From NCBI GenBank assembly GCA_947630105.1, contig CANRGD010000002.1, positions 258 to 64,257 of the forward strand: a stretch of 64,000 nucleotides of DNA, written 5' to 3'. Position numbers and translations under genes: made by a program. The notes beneath the pieces are model-generated. The model was given only the letters and a program-made list of their open reading frames with translations, was not told the DNA's origin and did not search any database. Source of the stretch: an uncultured Bacilli bacterium (GTDB taxonomy: Bacteria > Bacillota_I > Bacilli_A > RF39 > UBA660). Shown here in pieces: positions 9,586 to 18,839 of this stretch (the stretch's first letter is position 1; each line of letters begins with the position of its first letter).

Positions 9586-10335
9586 TTAAAATAAAAATTC
9601 ACACATCAACATGACGATTATACCAAGTAAAAAACCTACTACTGTTAATTTCTTCTTTTTATAATTTATAGAATTAGGAAGTAATTCGTATATGGAAATA
9701 TGAATCATTATACCAGCGGTCATTGCTAAAATCATTCCTAATATAAAGTTATTTACATATTTAGCAATGAATAAATAGGCAATTATAGCACCAAAAAATT
9801 CTGAAAAACCTGATATTATAGTATATAAAAAAGCTTTTTTCTTATTTTTAGTAGCATAATAAATGGGGACTGCAATTGATATTCCTTCAGGTATATTATG
9901 AAGAGCAATTGCTAATGATAAACTTAAACCTAATTTTACATTTGTAGAAGTAGAAATAAAAGTTGTAATTCCTTCAGGTATATTATGAAGCATTAAGACA
10001 ATTACGGAAATTATTCCTAATTTATAGAGCTTATTTTTTGTAAATCTTTCTTCTATTTTTTTATCTATTAAGGCGGAAAATAGTATACCACTAATAATAA
10101 AAATACCACATATTAAAAAAAGAGGAATTGTGTTAAAAATCTTTCCTAATAAATTAGTGGCTTCTGGTATAAGGGAGGAAAAAGAAATACATAACATTAC
10201 TCCACTAGAAAAAGCAAGTGATAAACTAATAGTATTATTTTTATATTTTTCTTTTAAGTAACAAGGAATTATTCCAATAATTGTCGATATGCCTGCTAAA
10301 AAAGTTATTAAAAAACTAAATATTATTTTGTTCAT
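9586..10335 (-). CDS. zupT: ZIP family zinc/metal transporter
   Basis: 8-TM protein with a duplicated HNIPEGI motif, typical of ZupT/ZIP. Confidence 0.85.
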   Translation of the reverse strand: MNKIIFSFLITFLAGISTIIGIIPCYLKEKYKNNTISLSLAFSSGVMLCISFSSLIPEATNLLGKIFNTIPLFLICGIFIISGILFSALIDKKIEERFTKNKLYKLGIISVIVLMLHNIPEGITTFISTSTNVKLGLSLSLAIALHNIPEGISIAVPIYYATKNKKKAFLYTIISGFSEFFGAIIAYLFIAKYVNNFILGMILAMTAGIMIHISIYELLPNSINYKKKKLTVVGFLLGIIVMLMCEFLF

Positions 10336-10403
10336 ATTAAATTATATGGCTTAGATAGAAAAATATACTAAAATATGATAATATACATGCTAAGAGGTGA
10401 ATT

Positions 10404-10997
10404 ATGAATTATGATTTAAAAATGCAGGAACAAGTAAGAAATATTAAACCAGGAACTAAACTTTTTTTACATGCTTGTTGTGCACCATGCTCTTCAGCTG
10501 TATTAGAAAGACTTGGAGATATTTTTGAAATAACTGTTTTTTATTATAATCCTAATATTACGGATAAAGATGAATATAATAAAAGAGTAAGGGAAATAAA
10601 AAAATTCATAGCTAAGTTTAAAACTAAATATCCTATATCATTTATAGAAGGTGATTATAATCCGCTTGATTTTTATCAAATTGCGAAGGGGTTGGAATTA
10701 GAACGTGAAAGAGGAAAACGCTGTTATGAATGTTATAAGTTACGTTTAACGGAAACAGCTAAAATGGCGGAAAAATATAATTTTCCTTATTTTACTACAA
10801 CATTAAGTCTTTCTCCTTATAAAAATAGTGAATGGATTAATACTATTGGGGAAAATTTAAATTATAAAACTACTTATTTATATGCTGATTTTAAAAAGAA
10901 TAATGGTTATAAAAGAAGTATTGAACTATCTAAACAATATAATTTGTATAGACAAAATTTTTGTGGATGTATTTTTTCAAAAAACAAATTTGACTAA
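10404..10997 (+). CDS. queH: Epoxyqueuosine reductase QueH (DUF208)
   Basis: LHACCAPCS, CYECYKLRL and FCGC cysteine motifs, with a length typical of DUF208/QueH. Confidence 0.8.
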   Translation: MNYDLKMQEQVRNIKPGTKLFLHACCAPCSSAVLERLGDIFEITVFYYNPNITDKDEYNKRVREIKKFIAKFKTKYPISFIEGDYNPLDFYQIAKGLELERERGKRCYECYKLRLTETAKMAEKYNFPYFTTTLSLSPYKNSEWINTIGENLNYKTTYLYADFKKNNGYKRSIELSKQYNLYRQNFCGCIFSKNKFD

Positions 10998-11058
10998 GTG
11001 AATATAACTTTACTTATTCAATTGTAAAGAGTATACTATAATCAAAGGAGGTGCAATT

Positions 11059-12360
11059 ATGAAATATTATTGCATTGGTATTAAAGGTTCAGGGATGTCT
11101 ACTTTAGCTCAAATCTTATATGATTTAGGCAATGAAGTAAGTGGATATGATGATGTTGTGGAATATAAATATACAGAAGTTGGGTTGAAAAAGAGAAATA
11201 TACAAATTTTTCATGATCAAACACATTCGTTAGCAAAAGATACAATTGTTACTTATAGTGTTGCTTTTAGTGAGAATCATCCAGAAATAAAAAGAGTTAA
11301 GGAACTAGGATTAAAAATTGTTAAATATAATGAATTGATGGGTGAAGTTATTAGTATGTTTACTTCTATTGGAGTTAGTGGTACTCATGGTAAGACAACA
11401 ACATCTTCATTAATTAAACATATTATTGAACAAGAAGAGGAGTGTAACTACTTTATTGGCGCTGGAGATGGGTATGCGAAGAAAGATAATAGATATTTTG
11501 TAGTTGAATCTGATGAATTTAATAGACATTTTTTAGCATATCATCCTACTTATGCGGTAATAACAAATATTGAAGCGGAACATTTAGAATGTTATAAAGA
11601 TGTTAATGAAATTAGAAAAGCATTTGAACAATTTGCTAATCAAACTAAAAAGATTATTGTTGCTAATGGAGATAATGAACAAGTTAAAAATATAAAGTTT
11701 AAAAATGAAGTAATCTTTTATGGAGTTGATAAGGATAATGATGTTATAATTAGTGATATTGAATTATCTCAACAAGGTTCAAAATTTGCTTTATATAAAA
11801 ATGATGAATGTCTTGGAGAATATTTTGTTCCTTTATTTGGCAAACATATGGTATATGATACAGTTGCAGGAATTATTTTATGTAAGGAACTTGGAATTTC
11901 TAATGAAATTATCGAAAAAGCTTTAGTAACTTTTCATAATGCTAAGCGTAGATTAGATGAAGAGGTTGTTAATGGAACAATTATATTAGACGATTATGCG
12001 CATCATCCTACTGAAATAAAGGTTACTTTGGAAGCTATACGTCAAAAATATCCTAATAAACGTTTAGTAGTGGTGTTTGTTCCTAATACTTATTCTAGAA
12101 CTAGAGATTTTAAAGATGAATTTGTAGAAGCTTTTAAAATGGCTGATAAAGCTTATTTAACGGAAATAGATTGTAATAGGGAAGATCCTAATGATTATCC
12201 GGGAATTAATTCTTCTTATATTGTAAATGATATGGAAAATGGAGAACTTATAAGTGAAGAGACAATTGATAAATTAAAAAATGAAAAGGATTCAGTTGTT
12301 TGCTTTATGGGATGTGCATCAGTTGAAGAAATAAAAACAGCTTTTAAAAATATTTTATAA
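11059..12360 (+). CDS. murC: UDP-N-acetylmuramate--L-alanine ligase
   Basis: GIKGSGMSTLAQIL N-terminal nucleotide fold, the GVSGTHGKTTT P-loop and DDYAHHPTE. Confidence 0.92.
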   Translation: MKYYCIGIKGSGMSTLAQILYDLGNEVSGYDDVVEYKYTEVGLKKRNIQIFHDQTHSLAKDTIVTYSVAFSENHPEIKRVKELGLKIVKYNELMGEVISMFTSIGVSGTHGKTTTSSLIKHIIEQEEECNYFIGAGDGYAKKDNRYFVVESDEFNRHFLAYHPTYAVITNIEAEHLECYKDVNEIRKAFEQFANQTKKIIVANGDNEQVKNIKFKNEVIFYGVDKDNDVIISDIELSQQGSKFALYKNDECLGEYFVPLFGKHMVYDTVAGIILCKELGISNEIIEKALVTFHNAKRRLDEEVVNGTIILDDYAHHPTEIKVTLEAIRQKYPNKRLVVVFVPNTYSRTRDFKDEFVEAFKMADKAYLTEIDCNREDPNDYPGINSSYIVNDMENGELISEETIDKLKNEKDSVVCFMGCASVEEIKTAFKNIL

Positions 12361-12381
12361 TTATAAATTTAGCTCTTTTCC

Positions 12382-12410
12382 TTGAAAATGAATTATATTT
12401 ATGTTAAACT
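12382..12410 (+). promoter_or_regulatory. Promoter for the tRNA gene (TTGAAA-17-TAAACT with a TGn extension)
   Basis: TTGAAA at 12382-12387, TGT at 12402-12404 and TAAACT at 12405-12410, about 30 nt upstream of the tRNA. Confidence 0.5.
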
Positions 12411-12438
12411 TAATGATGTCTTTGGAAAAAAGCTAAAT

Positions 12439-12515
12439 GGTCTGTTGGTGAAGTGGCTTAACACACCACCCTCTCAAGGTGGCATTCACGGGTTCGAACC
12501 CCGTACAGACTACCA
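12439..12515 (+). tRNA. tRNA-Glu, anticodon CUC, with encoded CCA
   Basis: Manual cloverleaf. The acceptor is GGTCTGT/ACAGACT (G1-U72 wobble). The anticodon stem is CCACC/GGTGG with loop C-T-CTC-A-A. The T arm is ACGGG-TTCGAAC-CCCGT. The overall sequence parallels Firmicute tRNA-Glu. Confidence 0.8.
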
Positions 12516-12525
12516 GATTAATAAT

Positions 12526-12556
12526 AAACTCAAACTATAAAAGTTTGAGTTTTAAT
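12526..12556 (+). terminator. Rho-independent terminator after the tRNA
   Basis: Perfect 11-bp stem AAACTCAAACT / AGTTTGAGTTT with loop ATAAA. The T-rich right arm runs into TAAT. Confidence 0.8.
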
Positions 12557-12652
12557 ATACAATAAAGTATGCTAAAATTATTTTAATAATGAAAAATATT
12601 ATTGTTAAAATTAAATAAATGTTAACAATATTAGTTTAGGGGATGGTAATTT

Positions 12653-13234
12653 ATGAAAAAAGAAAGCTTTTTTGATATGATATTGGATTCGGTTAGTACG
12701 GCATTTTTTATTGTATATGGTCTGCCATTATTAATTATGATTTTATTGTTGCTACTAGGGTATCAATTTGTTTATGGAAATTATATAAGGTATAAATATA
12801 AAGATGAAAAAAATATAATTTTTATATCTAAATTGGAGGATACGCTATATAACTATGCAAATAAAGTTTATGATAAAGAAGCTTTTGTAAAAGTTCAACT
12901 GGATGAAGATGCAGATGCTTTGGAAATTGATTATTATTTAAAGGATCCTAATAAAAGTTTAGAAGAATATAATTATTTAGTAAAAAATGAAGTAACAAAA
13001 TTATATAATAGTTTGAAGAATAAGACTATAATTTCTGATAGTTTCCTTGTTGAAGGAAATAGAATAAGTATTAATATGGTGTTTAATTACCCAGTAGGTG
13101 ATGAATATCATGGTCTTTGTCGGCCAGTATTAAAATATACAAAAGAGACAGGCTTTGATGAAGAAATATATCAAAAAATTATTGATTCGACTATAGTTAC
13201 ACAAGAAAAGTTAAATATTGTATTAAGTTATTAG
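12653..13234 (+). CDS. Hypothetical N-terminally anchored protein (193 aa)
   Basis: ORF with a GGGGA RBS and one N-terminal TM segment. No motif recognised. Confidence 0.55.
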   Translation: MKKESFFDMILDSVSTAFFIVYGLPLLIMILLLLLGYQFVYGNYIRYKYKDEKNIIFISKLEDTLYNYANKVYDKEAFVKVQLDEDADALEIDYYLKDPNKSLEEYNYLVKNEVTKLYNSLKNKTIISDSFLVEGNRISINMVFNYPVGDEYHGLCRPVLKYTKETGFDEEIYQKIIDSTIVTQEKLNIVLSY

Positions 13235-13466
13235 AATAGGAATTATAATTTTTTAAGCATAGTTAATAATAAGTTAAGAAAATATTATTTTATTTAACGG
13301 GTAAGTTAAGTTTTTTTAAATATGTCTATTGTTAAATTAAAATTATGTTATAATGTATATAGTAGGATAAGATAGTTTAAATACTAATATCCTTTTAAAT
13401 AAGGGAGGTGTAGTTTAAGAACCAAAAATTATTAAAATATAAATATAAAAATTAGGAGGAAAATTT

Positions 13467-14015
13467 ATGTGGATTTATATAGTTATAGCAGTTATAGTAA
13501 TAATTTTAATCTATATACTTGCTGTATATAATAGTTTAGTAAGATTAAAGAATAAAGTTAAAGAAGCATTTGCTACTATGGATGTTTACTTAAAAAAGAG
13601 ATGGGATTTAATTCCTAATATTGTTGAGACTGTAAAAGGTTATGCAAAACATGAAAAAGATACTTTAAATGAAGTTGTATCTTTGAGAAATAGTGTTTAT
13701 AATAACATGTCTGATGATGAGAAAATTAAGACTAATCAAGAATTATCAAAGGGAATAGTTAAAATAATGGCTTTAGCAGAAAGTTATCCTGAATTAAAAG
13801 CTAATGAAAATTTTAAAGATTTAAGTAATCAACTTGCTAAAGTAGAGGATGATATTGCTAATTCAAGGAAATATTATAATGGTGTTGTAAGAATGTTTAA
13901 TAATAAAGTGGAACTGTTTCCAAGTAATATTATAGCGGGAATATTTGGATTTAAAACTAGAGCAATGTTTGAAGCAAATGAAGCTGAGAGAGAAAATGTA
14001 AAAGTTCAATTTTAA
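13467..14015 (+). CDS. LemA family protein
   Basis: N-terminal TM followed by YNSLVRLKNKVKEAFATMDVYLKKRWDLIPN...ESYPELKANENF...ANSRKYYN, the LemA signature. Confidence 0.9.
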   Translation: MWIYIVIAVIVIILIYILAVYNSLVRLKNKVKEAFATMDVYLKKRWDLIPNIVETVKGYAKHEKDTLNEVVSLRNSVYNNMSDDEKIKTNQELSKGIVKIMALAESYPELKANENFKDLSNQLAKVEDDIANSRKYYNGVVRMFNNKVELFPSNIIAGIFGFKTRAMFEANEAERENVKVQF

Positions 14016-14030
14016 AAATGAGGGATAATA

Positions 14031-15953
14031 GTGAAAAAAAATTTTAAAGTAATAGCTGGATTTATTTTTCTCTTATTAACTATTTTAACTCCTGTAAAAA
14101 TTGCGGCTTTAACGGATGAAACTCTTAATGAGTATACTATTAATAAATATGATGTTAATATTGTTGTTAATGAAAATAATACTTTTGATATAACAGAAAG
14201 AATTACAGCATATTTTAATATCCCAAAGCATGGTATTTATAGGATGATTCCTTTAAGAAATACACTTACTAGAGCAGATGGCACTACTTCAAATAATAGA
14301 GCTCAAGTAACTAATTTAAGTGTGGATAATGAGTATTCTGTTGCAAGGGAAAATAATAATTATAAAATTAAAATAGGCTCTGCTAATAGATCTTTAACAG
14401 GAGAACAAACTTATACTATTAAATATACTTATAATATTGGAAAAGATCCTATGACGACTTACGATGAATTATATTATAATATTATTGGACCAGAATGGGA
14501 TACAACAATTAGTAATGTAACATTTTCTATAACTATGCCTAAAGAATTTGAACAGACTAAAGTAGGCTTTTCTTCAGGACCAGTGGGATTAGCTAATAGT
14601 GATAATATAGAGTATACAATTAATGATAAAACAATTAGTGGTAGTTTAAATGGTGTTATTAATACTGGAGAAGCTTTGACAGTAAGATGTGAATTACCTG
14701 AAGGTTATTTTGTTGGGGCGGGGTTTAAGGCAAATCCTTTAATATGTTTCTTATTATTGTTACCAATATTATTTTTAGTAATTTCTATAATTTTATGGTC
14801 TAAATTTGGTCGTGATGAACAAGTTGTAGAAACTGTAGAGTTTTATCCTCCAGAAGGTTATAATAGCTTAGAAGTTGGTTTTCTATATAAAGGGAAAGCA
14901 GAAAATCAAGATGTTACATCTTTACTTATTTATTTAGCTAATAAGGGATATATTAAAATTGAAGAAACAGAAGAGAAAACTCTTTTTAAAAAAGCAAAAG
15001 GTTTTAAAATTATTAAAGTTAAAGAATATGATGGTAATAATATTAATGAACAAAAGTTTTTAGCTGGCTTATTTAAAACTAATAAGAAAGGAAATGTTGT
15101 AACAGCTAGTGATTTATATGATAATTTTTATATTACTATGAATGATATATTAGATAATGTTAATGATAAAGAAAACAAAAATAAGATTTTTGAAAAGAAA
15201 GCAACTAGTAAAAGAATATTTGTTATTTTAATGATTGTTTTAGCTTTTTGTTTTATAACTAGTCCTGTTGTTCCTTATTATGGGGAAGTGATGATGCTAC
15301 TGTTTGGTACTTTATTTCCAGGTATTGGGTTGACAATTATGATTGTTATGCTTTTTAGTAAAGCTCAAACTATTTATGTTAATGGTATTCCTACAAAATC
15401 AGCTTTATTAACAAAGGTTTTTGGACTAATTTTTGGAGTATTTTTTGGAGTATTTCCATGGCTATTTATTGTATTACCGGCATTATTAGAACATCCTTAT
15501 TATTTAATTGGATATGTTATTGGTATAGGCTGTATAATAGGGATGATTATATGTTTAATTTATTTGCCAAAAAGAACGGCATTTGGAAATGAAATATTAG
15601 GTAAATTACGAGGCTTTAAAAATTTTCTTGAGAGTGCTGAAAAAGAGAAACTTGAGGCTATGGTTATGGAAGATCCAACGTATTTTTATAACATTTTACC
15701 ATTTACTTATGTTTTAGGGGTATCTGATAAATGGATTAAAAAATTTGAAAGTATTTCAATGCAAGCGCCATATTGGTATGTTAGTTCAACTCCATTTAGC
15801 GTTAATACTTTTGGAACATTTATGGATTCTACAATGGTGTCAGCTCAAAGGTCAATGACTTCTAGCCCACAGAGTACATCTACTAGCGGAGGATTTTCTG
15901 GTGGAGGATTCTCTGGCGGTGGCTCTGGAGGTGGAGGAGGAGGTTCTTGGTAA
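14031..15953 (+). CDS. DUF2207-like membrane protein with a Gly-rich C-terminus
   Basis: Signal peptide, extracellular N-domain, several TM segments and a GGFSGGGFSGGGSGGGGGGSW tail. This is the usual partner gene of lemA. Confidence 0.75.
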   Translation: MKKNFKVIAGFIFLLLTILTPVKIAALTDETLNEYTINKYDVNIVVNENNTFDITERITAYFNIPKHGIYRMIPLRNTLTRADGTTSNNRAQVTNLSVDNEYSVARENNNYKIKIGSANRSLTGEQTYTIKYTYNIGKDPMTTYDELYYNIIGPEWDTTISNVTFSITMPKEFEQTKVGFSSGPVGLANSDNIEYTINDKTISGSLNGVINTGEALTVRCELPEGYFVGAGFKANPLICFLLLLPILFLVISIILWSKFGRDEQVVETVEFYPPEGYNSLEVGFLYKGKAENQDVTSLLIYLANKGYIKIEETEEKTLFKKAKGFKIIKVKEYDGNNINEQKFLAGLFKTNKKGNVVTASDLYDNFYITMNDILDNVNDKENKNKIFEKKATSKRIFVILMIVLAFCFITSPVVPYYGEVMMLLFGTLFPGIGLTIMIVMLFSKAQTIYVNGIPTKSALLTKVFGLIFGVFFGVFPWLFIVLPALLEHPYYLIGYVIGIGCIIGMIICLIYLPKRTAFGNEILGKLRGFKNFLESAEKEKLEAMVMEDPTYFYNILPFTYVLGVSDKWIKKFESISMQAPYWYVSSTPFSVNTFGTFMDSTMVSAQRSMTSSPQSTSTSGGFSGGGFSGGGSGGGGGGSW

Positions 15954-15964
15954 CTTTCTCTTAT

Positions 15965-15995
15965 AAAAGATGATTTATGAATCATCTTTTTTTTG
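15965..15995 (+). terminator. Rho-independent terminator
   Basis: 11-bp stem AAAAGATGATT / AATCATCTTTT with loop TATG, followed by a T-run. Confidence 0.8.
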
Positions 15996-16007
15996 TAAAA
16001 ATTCTTA

Positions 16008-16036
16008 TTGACATTATATTTAGCTAGGCATATAAT
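16008..16036 (+). promoter_or_regulatory. Consensus sigma-A promoter (TTGACA-17-TATAAT)
   Basis: TTGACA at 16008-16013, an exactly 17-nt spacer, and TATAAT at 16031-16036. Confidence 0.75.
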
Positions 16037-16044
16037 TAAATAGC

Positions 16045-16063
16045 ATGTGACATGTTGTCATAT
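16045..16063. promoter_or_regulatory. Inverted repeat ATGTGACA-TGT-TGTCATAT, candidate TetR operator
   Basis: 8-bp arms with one mismatch, located between the -10 box and the RBS of the TetR gene. Confidence 0.45.
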
Positions 16064-16078
16064 GATAGAGGTGAGTAT

Positions 16079-16681
16079 ATGCCTAGTCAAACTTTTTTTA
16101 ATTTAGACAAAGAAAAGCGAGAAAAACTAATTTTATATGCAATGGAGGAATTTGCTAATAATCTTTATCCTAATGTATCTATAAATAAAATAATTGCTAA
16201 AGCACAAATTCCTAGAGGAAGTTTTTATATGTACTTTAAAGATAAGGATGATTTATTTAGTTATTTAATAGATATAAATACTAAGAAAACTAATAAACTT
16301 ATTAAAAATATTTTTATTAGGAATAAAGGAGATTTGAGAAATTCTTTTGTAGATATATATACTTGCCTTGAGGAAAATCTCTACAAAAAAGAAATGATAG
16401 GGATTTTTAAAAATATATTTATTTTTAGAAGAATTAGAGATAAGAAAATAGAATTAGCGGATCATGAATTATTTTTAGTTATTGAAGATTATATTGACAA
16501 AAATAACTTAAAAGAAACTGATAATATAGAGTTTGTGTTTATGTTATTGATTCAAAATTTATTAATTTCAGTGGCTGATTTAATAAAAAACAATAATTCT
16601 AAGGAAATAAAGAGGCACTATTTAAAAAAATTAGACATATTATGTTATGGAATATACAAAAAGGAGGATTATAATGATTAA
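16079..16681 (+). CDS. TetR/AcrR family transcriptional regulator
   Basis: The N-terminal HTH region (EKREKLILYAMEEFANNLYPNVSINKIIAKAQIPRGSFYMYFKDKDDLF) is classic TetR_N. Start placed at ATG 16079 behind the AGAGGTGA RBS, not at 16052. Confidence 0.85.
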   Translation: MPSQTFFNLDKEKREKLILYAMEEFANNLYPNVSINKIIAKAQIPRGSFYMYFKDKDDLFSYLIDINTKKTNKLIKNIFIRNKGDLRNSFVDIYTCLEENLYKKEMIGIFKNIFIFRRIRDKKIELADHELFLVIEDYIDKNNLKETDNIEFVFMLLIQNLLISVADLIKNNNSKEIKRHYLKKLDILCYGIYKKEDYND

Positions 16682-18839
16682 GATATTTAAATATTTGAAA
16701 AATTCAATTGGGTCTGTTTTATTAATTATTTTACTTTTATTTGTTCAAGCATGGCTAGATTTAACTTTACCAGAATATACATCAAAAATAATTAATGTTG
16801 GAGTGCAACAAAAAGGTATTGAAACTGCGGCGATTGAAAAAATAGGACAAAAGACACTTGATAAATTAACTTTATTTATGAATCAGGCTGATAAGGAGTA
16901 TATAGAAAATAATTATCAAAAAAGTTCTACTTATAAAGAGGAAGATATTTATAAATTATTAGATACAGCAAATAAAGAAAAAGTTGCTGATATATTAGAA
17001 GAACCTATGACTATTGTTAGTTTTGTTAGTAACAATAAAGAGAATAATGATTTTTTAAAAAATATACCTGAGGGATATGATATTTATCAGTTTATGGAAG
17101 TGATGCCTGCTGAGAATAAGAATATCTTATTAAAGGAAATAAAGAAAAAATTTACTGATTATCCAGATACTATTATTGAACAAGCGGCTATTAATTTTAT
17201 AGCTGATGAGTATGAAAGAATAAATATAAATATTGATAAAATACAAATAAATTATATTATAAAAGTTGGCATTATTATGATTTTGATTGCTGTTGGATGC
17301 ATGATTACGGGATTAATTACTGTATTTGTGGGATCTAGAATGGCAGCAAAGCTAGGTAAAACAATAAGGGAAAAGGTATTTACTAAAGTTGTTGGTTTTT
17401 CAAAGAATGAAATGAAGACTTTTGGACCTGCTTCTTTAATTACTAGAACAACAAATGATGTACAACAAGTACAGATGGTTATTGTCTTTTTATTTAGAGT
17501 AGTATTTTATGCTCCAATAATTGGAATTGGTGGAGTTATGAAAGCTTTACGTACTAATTCCGCAATGACTTATATAATTGGACTTGCCGTTTTAGCTATT
17601 TTATTAGTAGTATTAATATTATTTGCTATTGCAATGCCAAAGTTTACAAAGATTCAAAAGTTAATTGATAAACTTAATTTAGTTACTAGAGAAATATTAT
17701 CTGGGTTACCAGTAATACGAGCTTTTTCTAATGAAAAACATGAAGAAGAAAGATTTGAAGATGCCAATAGAAAATTAACGAAAGTAAATATTTTTGTTAA
17801 TAGAACAATGAGCTTTATGATGCCAGTAATGATGTTAATTATGAATTTGGTTTGTTTAACAATAGTATATAAAGGAGCTGTTGGAGTAGATAATGGATCA
17901 ATGCAAGTGGGAGATATTTTAGCTTATATTCAATATACAATGCAAATTATTATGGCTTTCTTAATGATTTCAATGATGTCTATCATGTTACCTCGTGCTA
18001 ATGTATCAGCTAAGAGAATTTTAGAAGTATTACAAACAAATAATACAATTATGAATAAAGAAGTAGTAAAAGAATTTAAAAAGGAAGAAAGAGGTAAAGT
18101 AGAATTTAAAAATGTTTCATTTAGATATCCGGATGCAGATTATGATGTACTAACGGACATAAATTTAGTAGCAAATCCAGGAGAAACTACAGCTTTTATT
18201 GGATCAACTGGATCAGGAAAATCAACGTTAATAAACTTAATTCCACGTTTTTATGATGTAACGGGAGGCGAAATAATAGTTGATGGTATTAATATAAAAG
18301 ATGTAGATATTAAAAAATTACGTGATAAAATTGGCTTTGTACCACAAAAAGGAATTCTTTTTACAGGAAGTATTTCTGAGAATATTAAATATGGTAATTC
18401 GAAAATTACTAATAAAGATGTAGACTTAGCTCTTAAAATATCTCAAGCAGAAGAATTTGTTAATAAATTAGATAAGAAAAAAGAATATCAAATTTCGCAA
18501 GGTGGAACAAATGTTTCTGGTGGACAAAAACAAAGATTATCTATTGCAAGAGCTATTGCTAAAAATCCTGATATTTATATTTTTGATGATTCTTTTTCTG
18601 CTCTTGATTTTAAAACAGATGCTAAATTAAGAAAAGAATTAAAAACAATTACTAAAGATAAAACAGTTTTAATAGTGGCCCAAAGAATTTCAACAATATT
18701 AAATGCTGATAAAATAGTTGTCCTTCATGAAGGAGAAATTGTAGGAATTGGTAAGCATAAAGAATTATTAGAAAACTGCCAAGTGTATAAAGAAATTGCT
18801 TTATCTCAATTAAGTAAGGAGGAATTAGAAAATGCCTAG
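16674..18839 (+). CDS. ABC transporter permease/ATP-binding protein (exporter half-transporter)
   Basis: 6-TM domain followed by Walker A GSTGSGKST, signature VSGGQKQRLSIARA and Walker B IYIFDDSFSALD. Start taken at ATG 16674 after AAGGAGG. Confidence 0.9.
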   Translation: MIKIFKYLKNSIGSVLLIILLLFVQAWLDLTLPEYTSKIINVGVQQKGIETAAIEKIGQKTLDKLTLFMNQADKEYIENNYQKSSTYKEEDIYKLLDTANKEKVADILEEPMTIVSFVSNNKENNDFLKNIPEGYDIYQFMEVMPAENKNILLKEIKKKFTDYPDTIIEQAAINFIADEYERININIDKIQINYIIKVGIIMILIAVGCMITGLITVFVGSRMAAKLGKTIREKVFTKVVGFSKNEMKTFGPASLITRTTNDVQQVQMVIVFLFRVVFYAPIIGIGGVMKALRTNSAMTYIIGLAVLAILLVVLILFAIAMPKFTKIQKLIDKLNLVTREILSGLPVIRAFSNEKHEEERFEDANRKLTKVNIFVNRTMSFMMPVMMLIMNLVCLTIVYKGAVGVDNGSMQVGDILAYIQYTMQIIMAFLMISMMSIMLPRANVSAKRILEVLQTNNTIMNKEVVKEFKKEERGKVEFKNVSFRYPDADYDVLTDINLVANPGETTAFIGSTGSGKSTLINLIPRFYDVTGGEIIVDGINIKDVDIKKLRDKIGFVPQKGILFTGSISENIKYGNSKITNKDVDLALKISQAEEFVNKLDKKKEYQISQGGTNVSGGQKQRLSIARAIAKNPDIYIFDDSFSALDFKTDAKLRKELKTITKDKTVLIVAQRISTILNADKIVVLHEGEIVGIGKHKELLENCQVYKEIALSQLSKEELENA

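Noticed and set aside
15890-15953. Gly-rich GGFSGGG tails (also at 44031-44130) as novel repeats
   Set aside because: Such tails are a normal feature of DUF2207 and TPM/YgcG family proteins.
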